Shown here piece by piece: positions 1-9,343 of a stretch of DNA of 64,000 nt. The DNA comes from Vairimorpha necatrix (lineage: Eukaryota): assembly GCA_036630325.1 (NCBI GenBank), contig CP142730.1, positions 124,001-188,000 on the forward strand, in the 5' to 3' direction. The notes under the pieces are model-generated. The model ran no database searches. It worked only from the letters and a program-made list of their open reading frames with translations, and had not been told where the DNA came from. Both the position numbers and the translations under genes were made by a program. Positions within the stretch are counted from its first letter, which is position 1. Every line of letters begins with the position of its first letter.

Positions 1-1072
1 ATTTTACATCTCTCATTTCTATTAAATTCCCTTTTACACTTGTACTATCAAATATAAATTTGATAATTGGGTCTTTTTTAGGGACTACAAGTGGGAGCAT
101 TTTAGAAAGTTGTTTGATTTTACTTTGTGCTAGTGCAGCCCTGGCTGCACTAGCCCTAAATCTATCTATAAAACTTTGTAAATGTTCTCTTTGTCTTAAT
201 TGATTATCATATTCTTTCTTTATTTGATTTAATTTATTATTTCTAATATATGAAAATGTATCATAATTCCCTTTATATTTATCAATTTTGAAATCATTTA
301 AATGTAATATTTCATCTACTACATTATTTAAGAAGTTTTTATCATGTGATACAATAATCACAGTTTTAAGATCTTTGATTTGTTTTTCTAACCAATTTAA
401 AGCTTGAATATCTAAATAATTAGTAGGTTCATCTAGTAATAATAAATCTGGATTTATATTTATAGCTTTTGCTAAATGAGATCTCATTCTCCATCCACCA
501 CTTAAATCTTTCAGATTTAAGTGGCACATTTCTTTAGTAAACCCAAATCCCATTAGAATTCTAGTACCATTTTCTCCTACATGGTCTATAACTTTAATAT
601 CCAGATTTGTTTCTTGTTCAATCATGTGGATTTTGATTCCTCTTGGTATACCAAATTTCCTTTTTTTTATATTTTTTAGTAGGGTGGTTTTTCCTATCCC
701 ATTTCTTCCTATTAGACCATATTTCTTCCCTCTCTGGATTAATAATTCACATGAATCAATAATAAGTTTACTTTTTATACTTAGATTTATAAATAAGTTT
801 ATATCTTCATGATATATTTCATCTGTGGATGAGTACTCATCCACAGAAGAAGAAGAATATATAAATTCTTCTGTGTCTTCTAATATCTTGTTTATTTCTT
901 TTTTATTTGATTTTTTTGGTTGTATAGTGAAAGGAGTTTCTAGAGGAATGGGAGTGAGATTGTGGTTTATTTTGTACTGGGAGATGTTCCAAGACAAGGC
1001 TTCTTCGTCTGATTCAAAAGGAAAAGATTTTAATTTTTCCAAGAATTCTTTTTTTATTTCTTCTAAATTCAT
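1..1072 (-). CDS. ABC-F family ATPase (GCN20/ABCF3-like), 5' part; runs off the window start
   Basis: Manual translation from ATG at 1072 (MNLEEIKKEFLEK...): Walker A GRNGIGKTT, signature LSGGWRMR, Walker B LLLLDEPTNYLD, H-loop IVSHD, linker FIDRFRASAARAALAQSKIK. CCCC motif ~12 nt upstream. Absent from the ORF track because it has no stop in the window. Confidence 0.92.
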   Translation of the reverse strand, partial: MNLEEIKKEFLEKLKSFPFESDEEALSWNISQYKINHNLTPIPLETPFTIQPKKSNKKEINKILEDTEEFIYSSSSVDEYSSTDEIYHEDINLFINLSIKSKLIIDSCELLIQRGKKYGLIGRNGIGKTTLLKNIKKRKFGIPRGIKIHMIEQETNLDIKVIDHVGENGTRILMGFGFTKEMCHLNLKDLSGGWRMRSHLAKAININPDLLLLDEPTNYLDIQALNWLEKQIKDLKTVIIVSHDKNFLNNVVDEILHLNDFKIDKYKGNYDTFSYIRNNKLNQIKKEYDNQLRQREHLQSFIDRFRASAARAALAQSKIKQLSKMLPLVVPKKDPIIKFIFDSTSVKGNLIEMRDVK

Positions 1073-1641
1073 GCTATTTTTAAAGGGGATGAAATATAAA
1101 TAATATTAAAATAGTATTGAATTAGTATTGAATTTAAATTTACTAAATTTATTTAGTATTGAATTGGTATAATTTTATTTAGTATTGAATTTATTTAGTA
1201 TAATTCTATTTAGTATTGAATTTTATTGTGTAAGAAGTAAACATACATTTAAGATAAATATATTATACATACTTATTAATACTTATAAAATACTTATAAA
1301 TGACTTATAAATATTTTAAAGTCATTTATAAAATATTTTACTGGGTATAAATTCATTTTTATTTTACCCCCCTTATAAGTTATCGAAGGAATTCATTTCA
1401 TAAGAAATTCTCAAAATACTTAAACATTAAATCACTCCATGTAAAACATCCGTACTGTCTTATGACTTATGGACACCTGAGTGGAGAGACATTTTAAAAT
1501 AATATTTTTATATAGTAAGATAAATTAAAACATCTGATATATATTTAGTAAGATATCTTACATATATTTAAGAATTATACAATTTGTATGGTGGTCTCAC
1601 ATCTTCGACATCATATTTCTAATGTGTTTTTCTCCCCCAAT

Positions 1642-2043
1642 ATGATCCCGTGTATTTACACAAAAGACAAAAAGAAGAAACTGAAGAAATGGGAAGAAGG
1701 ATTCTACAAGTACAAGAATAAGAAGATAAGTGTGTATGACACAGATAAGAAACTAATATGTACAAAGGCGACGGGACTGAGTAATGAGATAGAGACATTT
1801 AAATATATAATATACATAGAGAACATACAAGAAGAACTTAAAGACAAATTTAAAGAAGAAGAACTTGAAGATGGACTTAAAGAAGACAAATTTAAGGAAG
1901 AAGAACTAGAAGATGACAAATTCAAGGAAGAAGAACTCGAAGATGACAAATGTAAAGACAAATGTAAAGAAGATAAAACACTAAGTAAGAGAACGAACAA
2001 AGAACTACTGAATTTGTTTAAAATAAAAAAAAGACAAGAATAA
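1642..2043 (+). CDS. Small DUF2439-domain protein (ZGRF1/Mte1 N-terminal-like) with acidic repeats
   Basis: MIPCIYTKDKKKKLKKWEEGF...ISVYD fits the DUF2439 pattern (LYT..K.KK.K.W.DG). ATG 1642 follows a CCCCC motif, so it is preferred over 1588. DKFKEEELED occurs 3 times. Confidence 0.7.
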   Translation: MIPCIYTKDKKKKLKKWEEGFYKYKNKKISVYDTDKKLICTKATGLSNEIETFKYIIYIENIQEELKDKFKEEELEDGLKEDKFKEEELEDDKFKEEELEDDKCKDKCKEDKTLSKRTNKELLNLFKIKKRQE

Positions 2044-2291
2044 TATAACAATATCATTGTACGCTATCATAATAAATTATATAATAATTATAAAAAATTT
2101 TATATTAGATGTTATATATTTTGATTATTTTATATTGGATGTAAGAAATGTTTAAAAAATTTTACATTTGAAATATAATGAAAATTCATTATTAGATACA
2201 AGAAATAATATATCAATTCTCTATTAGATGTTATATAACAATCCTCTATTAGATTCGTATACTGCATGCTTATTAAAAATAATGTAAATTT

Positions 2292-4619
2292 TTATTTTAT
2301 CTCTTTACCTATTTTGATATTAGTAGGAAGCACATTCATAAATTCCTCTACACTTATCCGCTTTATTATCTTTATAACTCTCTCCTCTGTGTTCTTTATA
2401 AACTCATTTATAATTCCCTGTACCACTTTCCCTTTCTTATCTTTCCCCGGTAAAATCCTCACTTTAAACTTATAAAAATCTTTAAAAATTTTATACGGTC
2501 CACTCATAGGTAAAGCAAAATCCACTTCATACCCAGTCGGGTCTGTAATAAATACTGTATCTTCATATTTAATAAAAAAATCTCCTTCTTTTACATCATC
2601 ACTAGTTTTAAATAACAATCCAAGTCCATATTCAATTTTATAAACATTTAAAAAATTTTTAACTCCTCTAATTAAAAAAGACCCTTTTGGTAAATATTGA
2701 CCAGTAGGAGGAATCTTTGAAACTTGATCACCTGTAACATAAAAAACAGGACTAATTACATTTAAATCCCAACATGAACTATTACATAAAGCAGCTAAAG
2801 CTGCTTCTTCTAAAATAACATCATTTGGACATATTATACTAGATCCACCAGATGACTCAGTATGGAAATATAAAGAAGTGGGTAATAAATACTTTTTAAC
2901 TAATATTTCATTCTGTTGACTATTTTTACCACCAATTATTAGTTTTTTATTAGTTGTGAAAAAAAAGTGGAATTTTTCAAACCAGAAAACGGGTCTCTGG
3001 ATTTTTACTTTTTCATCTTTTTTAAATGATTTGATTTTTACTGTTTCTATGGCTATTTTAGTTTTATTGATTTTTTCTTGTAATTTTTTTTTTTTTTCGT
3101 AAAAATTTTTAATATTTTGATGTATTGATTTATCAAAAAATATTTCAATAAAATTAGAATCATCAGTTGATTTGTCATATTTATCATTTAAGTTTGATTC
3201 ATCATATTTAAAGTGTTCATTTTTATTAGTTGATTTGTCATATGTATCTTTATTAGTTGTTTCATCATTCTTGTCATTTTTTAAGTTTATTATACATGAA
3301 TTGGTTTTAAAATCAGATCTAATTATACTTAAAGCTACTTCATTGCCTTTATTTTTCTCATCATCTTGATATTTCATAAAATCATCCCATTTCATTTTGT
3401 TTTTTACTACTGATTTGTGAATATTAATTATTTCTTCTACTAAATCTTCATTATCTAGTACCAAATCAGCTTTTAATGACATTTCTTCGACCATATTTTC
3501 TAATTCAACAATATGTTCATATTGTTTGTCTTTGACTTTTTGAGCTTTGTCAATATTTTGTTTTTTTGATTTTTTTCTATCAGAAAAAAAATATTCTACT
3601 GCGGAATTAAAATTATTAAAAGTTAATTTGTTATCAGAAGCGATTTCGTATGGGAAAAAATTGAAAGGTTTGCCTTTTTTGAGTTGTACAGTGCCAATAT
3701 TTTGGAGATTTTGGATTTGGTCATAAAATTCTGACATTATTTGGTTAAAAATGTCAATTTTATTATTTTTAATTATTTGTGACTTGATAAAGTCTTTATA
3801 ATTATCTTTAACTTGCTTATTATTGGCTTTTTTATCTTTCTTTTCTTTATAATCTGAATCTGTTGTGTTACATTTATCTTCTTTGATTTCAACATTATTG
3901 TCTTTCATGTTATCTTTGTTTTTAATATTGCCTTTTTTATCTTGTACATCTTCTTCCATTTCATTATTGTCTATGGCTTTATCTTCTTTGATTTCATTAT
4001 TATTGTCTATGGCTTTATCTTCGATTTGTTTATCATCATAATTGTCTATGGCTTTATCTTCTTTGATTTCTTTATTATCTATAGCCTTAGTTATTTTATT
4101 CATTAATTTATCTACTAATTCTTTTTCAAATGGTAAAAATTCATTAAATTCCATTTTACAAAACTTCTTCCAGCTAAAATCAAACCCAACCGGGTTAAAC
4201 AAATACTCCGTATTTTTAACAATATCCAATTCTTTTACAACTCTAAAAACTTCCAAAATTTTATCATTTTCATCTAAAATGAACACATTTCCACCACTAA
4301 AAAATTCTACTACGATTTTTTGACGCGTAAGTTCAAACACTATGACTCTATCAAAACCAACTTGATAAATATTTATTACTTTGTCGCGTCTAGCTTTTTT
4401 TCTTAAAATATTGCAGAAATGGCTTATACCATCATCAGCTTCAGAAGTTAGATGTATTCTTATGCCTGGTTCTATGAGTAAAATGTCTTTAGAACTGAAT
4501 TTTATATAAATAATTCTTTGTTGGGTAGTATAAAAATTTTGAATGAACTTGTTTATTAATTTGGGTTTGAGTTCGTTGATAATTGCACGAATATCTAAAA
4601 ATGTAAATCTCTGTTTCAT
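2292..4619 (-). CDS. RQC2: Ribosome quality control subunit Rqc2/NEMF (Tae2)
   Basis: N-terminal MKQRFTFLDIRA, NFACT-N motifs (LRK, Q.GFDRVI, VEFFSGGNV), NFACT-R motif FWFEKFHFF...GGKNSQQNEILVKKYL, QVSKIPPTGQYLPKGSF, C-terminal YKFKVRILPGKDKKGK. Confidence 0.93.
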   Translation of the reverse strand: MKQRFTFLDIRAIINELKPKLINKFIQNFYTTQQRIIYIKFSSKDILLIEPGIRIHLTSEADDGISHFCNILRKKARRDKVINIYQVGFDRVIVFELTRQKIVVEFFSGGNVFILDENDKILEVFRVVKELDIVKNTEYLFNPVGFDFSWKKFCKMEFNEFLPFEKELVDKLMNKITKAIDNKEIKEDKAIDNYDDKQIEDKAIDNNNEIKEDKAIDNNEMEEDVQDKKGNIKNKDNMKDNNVEIKEDKCNTTDSDYKEKKDKKANNKQVKDNYKDFIKSQIIKNNKIDIFNQIMSEFYDQIQNLQNIGTVQLKKGKPFNFFPYEIASDNKLTFNNFNSAVEYFFSDRKKSKKQNIDKAQKVKDKQYEHIVELENMVEEMSLKADLVLDNEDLVEEIINIHKSVVKNKMKWDDFMKYQDDEKNKGNEVALSIIRSDFKTNSCIINLKNDKNDETTNKDTYDKSTNKNEHFKYDESNLNDKYDKSTDDSNFIEIFFDKSIHQNIKNFYEKKKKLQEKINKTKIAIETVKIKSFKKDEKVKIQRPVFWFEKFHFFFTTNKKLIIGGKNSQQNEILVKKYLLPTSLYFHTESSGGSSIICPNDVILEEAALAALCNSSCWDLNVISPVFYVTGDQVSKIPPTGQYLPKGSFLIRGVKNFLNVYKIEYGLGLLFKTSDDVKEGDFFIKYEDTVFITDPTGYEVDFALPMSGPYKIFKDFYKFKVRILPGKDKKGKVVQGIINEFIKNTEERVIKIIKRISVEEFMNVLPTNIKIGKEIK

Positions 4620-4640
4620 ATAAAGGGCTTAAAAAAAAAT

Positions 4641-4862
4641 ATTCAAATGTAATGTTGTCTAAACATATTATTAAAATATTGAAATGTTGTCTAAACATAT
4701 TTTTAAAATATTCAAATGTTGTCTAAACATATTTTTAAAATATTCAAATGTAATGTTGTCTAAACATATAAAAAAAATATTCAAATGTTGTCAAAACATA
4801 TAAAAAAAATATAAATGTTTTTTACATGAGAGTTATTCAAATGTTTTTTACATGAGAGTTAT
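4641..4862. repeat. Short tandem repeats in the RQC2-OLA1 intergenic region
   Basis: About five copies of ATTCAAATG(TAATG)TTGTCTAAACATAT, then two copies of AAATGTTTTTTACATGAGAGTTATT. Confidence 0.8.
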
Positions 4863-4922
4863 TAAAATATTATTTTATAATATTGTTATTAATAAACTAC
4901 AATTTATATTATAATTTTTTTT

Positions 4923-6029
4923 TTATTTCTTTTTTTTAAGTTTACTGGTAGGAGGATTATGTTTAAATAATATAATATCTCCATCATTCACTACATATTG
5001 TTTACCTCTCTGATGATATTTCCCTTGTTTCTTTACTTCCGCCTCAGATCCAAGTTCAACCATGTCATCATATGAACAAACTTCTGCCATTATAAAATAA
5101 TTCATAAAATCACTATGAATGACTGCTCCCGCTTGCGGGGCAGTCACTCCTCGTCTTATTGTCCAACTTCTTACTTCATCTTTACCAACAGTAAAAAAAT
5201 TTATTAAATTTAATAATTCATACCCTTTTTTAGCTAATTTATTAATAAAAGGCGTCCTCTTCTCACTAGTATGCTCATAAATAGCACTAAAAACAATAAC
5301 ATTCCTTGTAAAAGACAACAAAGCTTTCAAATGTTTATTAACTCGTTTTTTTTCATAATCTTCTTCACTGACATTTGCTAAATAAACCACATTTTTAACT
5401 GTCAATAAATCCATAGTAGAAATAAAAGACACTTCTTCGTCAGTAAAAGAGTGCTCATTTACCCAAGAAGATTCCAAAATTTTTAAAATTTTTTCTACTA
5501 GTTCTAACCTATCTTTAAATTTTTTGTCTAATGCTTTTCCTCTATTGTCTTTGATCATTCGATCATAAAATTTTTTTAATGTTTCTATATCTTTTTTTCT
5601 AAGTTCGTCGTTGACAACTTTTATATCGCGAAGTGGATCAACAGAATCATCAACATGTAAAACTTCTGCGTCTTCAAAACAGCGCACTACATGGAAAATG
5701 GCATCTACGTTACGAATATGATTTAAAAAACAATTTCCCAAGCCAAATCCCTCACTGGCGCCTTTTACTAAGCCGGCAATGTCTGTCACATTAAGACAAG
5801 CTTTGACGACTTTATTAGGACGGCAAATCTTCACTAAATTGTCACATCTAACGTCGTCTATCTCGACTTTACCAAATGATGGGTCAATAGTACAAAATGG
5901 ATAATTTTCAGCTGGGACGGAATTTTTAGTAAGAAAATTAAATAAAGTACTTTTGCCAGTATTAGGAAGGCCAACTATTCCTACAGTCAAATTATTTGAT
6001 TTAGAAGATCTTGTAAATTGTATTGTCAT
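4923..6029 (-). CDS. OLA1: Obg-like ATPase 1 (YchF family)
   Basis: GIVGLPNTGKSTLFN, AENYPFCTIDP, DIAGLVKGAS.G.GLGN.FL, FFTVGKDEVRSWTI, APQAGAVIHSDF, GKQYVVNDGDI. CCCCC motif upstream. Confidence 0.97.
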   Translation of the reverse strand: MTIQFTRSSKSNNLTVGIVGLPNTGKSTLFNFLTKNSVPAENYPFCTIDPSFGKVEIDDVRCDNLVKICRPNKVVKACLNVTDIAGLVKGASEGFGLGNCFLNHIRNVDAIFHVVRCFEDAEVLHVDDSVDPLRDIKVVNDELRKKDIETLKKFYDRMIKDNRGKALDKKFKDRLELVEKILKILESSWVNEHSFTDEEVSFISTMDLLTVKNVVYLANVSEEDYEKKRVNKHLKALLSFTRNVIVFSAIYEHTSEKRTPFINKLAKKGYELLNLINFFTVGKDEVRSWTIRRGVTAPQAGAVIHSDFMNYFIMAEVCSYDDMVELGSEAEVKKQGKYHQRGKQYVVNDGDIILFKHNPPTSKLKKKK

Positions 6030-6687
6030 CTTACAGGGGGAGAAAAATGTAAAAACGAAAGAGCAAATTTCAAAGTATTTAACTAAGTCAATGGCTCAAG
6101 TAAGAAGCCCATTTCTAGAGCAGAATATTTAGTACAAAAAATTAACAAATCTACAGTTAGTGCATATTTACTTGAATTTACATAATTAAATACAACAAAC
6201 ATATCAAAATAAACCTCAAGAAGCTTTTTGTTTAAGAAAACTTTGTGTATAAATTTCGTATGTGTCTTTAAATTTTCTTGATCAAGAATGAAGAATATGA
6301 TTTATAAAAAACATTATAAGGTGAGATAAAAAGGAGAATAATCAAAACATATAACTTTCTTAAGTATGTCATTTTGACGTTATCTTGTTTTAAATTATTT
6401 AATGTTTTTTGAAAATGTTAAAAAAGAAATCAATTTAAGATCTAAGTTTTACGTAGATGTGAAATAAAAGTCGATTTAAACTCATAGTTTCTACAGTTTG
6501 ATATTTAAGTGATTGATTAAGCCAATTTTTATACTAGGCAAAAAAAATTTGAGACACAAAAACTACGAAAAATAGTGGTAAAAAATTCAATAAAGTTCAT
6601 TCGACGAATCGTATGATAATGACTAACTAGTAAATAACATATATAAACGAAAAGATGCGTTTCAATTACAATTGAAGATGTTTTTTC

Positions 6688-7341
6688 GGTACATGACCGT
6701 TTGGAACCCGCTTTGGGAAAATGAACCCGCATTGGAAAATTCAAAAAAAGGGAAGAATAAAAAAAATTATTAAAAAGGGACTTAACGATTTATTTTTAAT
6801 AATGACAGAAGACAATTTATCCGGGGATTTTTGGGAATTTGGAAAGCCCAGTGAAACTATAAAAGGTACTCATAGTGTTCTTCTTTGTTTATGTTAAGAT
6901 CGAATATCTCTTATAGAAATGAGCCAAAACCAACTAAATTATATGGTGTTGTGACTCAGAATCGCTAGAGGTTACAGCATTTATGGAGTGTTTCTTAGTA
7001 CTGTGCTCCATCCCTTTGATTAGCTAATGTGGTATCATATGCTACCCATTAATTAGTGATCATAATAGAAACAGGTTATACAATTTCTTGTATTACCTCA
7101 AGGAAGAAGCAGTATTTATACTAGTTACAGAAACGAGCAAGACGCACGCCAATTCCGCATCAAATGTTTCCAAAATAAACCTTTCTTTGTATTCCATGTA
7201 GAAATACATTTCATCACTAAAAACCTCATCTGCCTCAACAAACATTGTTTTTGCCAATTTTGCCATTTTTTTAAAGGGGGGTCCTTTAAAATTTCAATGC
7301 GGGTTCATTTCCCCAAAGCGGGTTCCAAACGGCCATGTACC
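6688..7341 (-). mobile_element. Merlin (IS1016/IS1595-like) DNA transposon relic
   Basis: ~50-bp TIRs GGTACATGACCGTTTGGAACCCGC... / ...GCGGGTTCCAAACGGCCATGTACC. 8-bp flanks gttttttc / gtttttta (7/8 match). Interrupted ORF from 7266 with VEADE..F and EVIQEIV*PVSIMITN*WVAY, a decayed DDE_Tnp_IS1595 pattern. Confidence 0.8.
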
Positions 7342-7518
7342 GTTTTTTATTTAATTTTATTGTAATATTTAAGTACATAAAGACATATAGTTAGAATAGT
7401 TTATTCGTTTCTATTCAAGTCGATTTTCATTTCAAAAATAAAAATTTTGATCGTTAATAATTTGTGTATTTACATTTATTGTTTTTTATTTAGTAAATTT
7501 ACCATTTATTTTATTTTT

Positions 7519-7598
7519 TTAGATTTTCCATTTATATTGTTTTTTTAGATTTTCCATTTATATTGTTTTTTTAGATTTTCCATTTATATTGTTTTTTT
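7519..7598. repeat. ~27-bp tandem repeat x3
   Basis: TTAGATTTTCCATTTATATTGTTTTT repeated. Confidence 0.8.
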
Positions 7599-7763
7599 AC
7601 TAATGTAATCCTATTTATATCATTTTTTATTGTCAAATACACTTATAAATTTGCACTGTTTAATAGACAATTGCTTGCTTTTTAAAAAAAAATTTTAAAA
7701 ATATGTTAGTTTTATGATAAAATGCATCGTAGCCGTCATAAGTCGGATTTATTCAAGGTTTCT

Positions 7764-8345
7764 TTAATATTTGTGGATATCGGAATTCTCTTCGTAATAG
7801 AAAAACTCGTCATAATTTATTTTTGATCCCTCAGTTAGTCCTTGTTTAATTAATTTAACTGCTTTTTCAACGGGCTCAAAACTACTCCATTCTGGTAAGA
7901 TATCAGTGACTGTTTTATACAAAACATGTCTATTCTTATGTATATATTTTTCCACTTCGTCTCTTTCCAATAAAATTTTTATTTCAACATAAAATTCTTT
8001 AAGCGTTTCAACAGCTTGGAAACAATACTCTTCCCGAACCATAAAAACTCGTCCTTCGCCTTTGATATCTTTAATTAAAGGAATATTCTTTTCATTCATG
8101 TCTAGTAATTTGGCCCAGCTTTGTCTATCAATAGTATCGATTTCTGGAAGCCCTAAAACTACTACAAGTTTATATTTACAGTCAACTAGTTTTATATTAG
8201 AAATTGCAATTTCTAGCAACTCATTTTTATCAAGTTTATTCATCCAATCAATTATTACTTTCCGCCTATTAGTAAAAAAAGGTTTTTTTGATGAAGTTTT
8301 TTTCATTCTTTCTTCTTGTACAGTCATTAGTATGGAAATTTGCAT
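7764..8345 (-). CDS. Divergent homolog of the C-terminal domain of LINE ORF1 (18643-20301); intact ORF or relic
   Basis: Alignable by eye: DWMNKLDKNELLEI vs NWAKGLSKEALIKI; CKYKLVVVLGL vs CKFKFVLVGGL; RQSWAKLL..NEKNIPLIK vs RDAWAALL..ERKDIPLLK; MVREEYCFQAVETL vs MLREGTCERAVKNL. Confidence 0.7.
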   Translation of the reverse strand: MQISILMTVQEERMKKTSSKKPFFTNRRKVIIDWMNKLDKNELLEIAISNIKLVDCKYKLVVVLGLPEIDTIDRQSWAKLLDMNEKNIPLIKDIKGEGRVFMVREEYCFQAVETLKEFYVEIKILLERDEVEKYIHKNRHVLYKTVTDILPEWSSFEPVEKAVKLIKQGLTEGSKINYDEFFYYEENSDIHKY

Positions 8346-8618
8346 AAGTTTTTATAAATAACAGTAATCAATCATAATTACTTTTTTTGATACATGTTTC
8401 AAAAATGAAATATATTTTTTAGCTTATATTTATAATAATTAGATTATTGGTTCTATATTAGAAAATTCACTTCATTTTAATAACTGTGATTTGTAAAAAC
8501 CTTTTGTTTATAATTGACAGTTTGTTTAATTATTGGCCAATCGTTTTTTTCTCGTATACTTAAAAGTATACATGCATATTGTCAGGCTGCAGACCTGCAC
8601 TGACGATACGGCTTCCAG

Positions 8619-8812
8619 TTAAACAATAATAATTGGACCTGTCAAACATCTCGAAGTAGTGTAAACAAACATTGGACATTTGACATGCACAAACTAAAAG
8701 TAGGAAAAGTGCATGTCACATGAAGTACTACTACTTTAGTAGAACTTTGGTTTCTTGTTTGTTTGTTTACATCTCAAAGAGTTTGACAGTTAATCTAATT
8801 AACTATTTAAAC
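8619..8812. repeat. Imperfect foldback / MITE-like palindrome
   Basis: Arms CTGTCAAAC..TGTAAACAAACA / TGTTTGTTTACA..GTTTGACAG and inner TGACATGCAC / GTGCATGTCA. Confidence 0.6.
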
Positions 8813-8948
8813 GGAATTTACCCCTAACCCACAATTCCGATGAGCAACAAAAAAGATAACAACTTAAATAAATATGTTAACTTAGACTCACCCTCTTCTA
8901 CTTCGGATCAGGCTACATGCCGGATCACACATATATTAAAAATTAATT

Positions 8949-9245
8949 GTAAAAGACAGAATCAGCAAAACGGTAAAAAAAATAACCAAAAATTTTATGA
9001 AGAGAAAAATCATAAATGATTGACGTCACACGCCAGTATACTTTAACGTCTCGCTCGTAAGAGAAATTTTTGTTCCCATAGGATACAAATCCCTTGAAAC
9101 ATTACGACTAATTGAATTATTAATTAAATTTGTGTATTGTAAAAAGACATAATCAGCAAAACGTGAGAAACCCTACTAAACCTCCCTCGAAAAAAAACAT
9201 CAAATAAATAAAAATAAAAACAAAATGTTTATTGCAAAAATAGAC
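8949..9245 (-). repeat. Degenerate stacked copies of the LINE/SINE 3'-end sequence
   Basis: GTAAAAGACAGAATCAGCAAAACG...ACACGCCAG...TGTTCCCATAGGATACA (8949-9090), a second GTAAAAAGACATAATCAGCAAAACG (~9139) and the tail AAAATGTTTATTG (~9223). All are homologous to 14593-14865 and 23963-24880. Confidence 0.75.
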
Positions 9246-9343
9246 AACCAGTTTCGAAACAAACGTTCCTAGATCATCATTATAAGTTCCATACAAAAGG
9301 AGGTCAAATCCGCCCAAAGAAAAATACATTCAAATAAAAGAAA

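Noticed and set aside
1433-1490. Possible C/D snoRNA (CTCCA...CTGA-GTGGAG)
   Set aside because: No convincing box C, and no rRNA-complementary guide found by eye.
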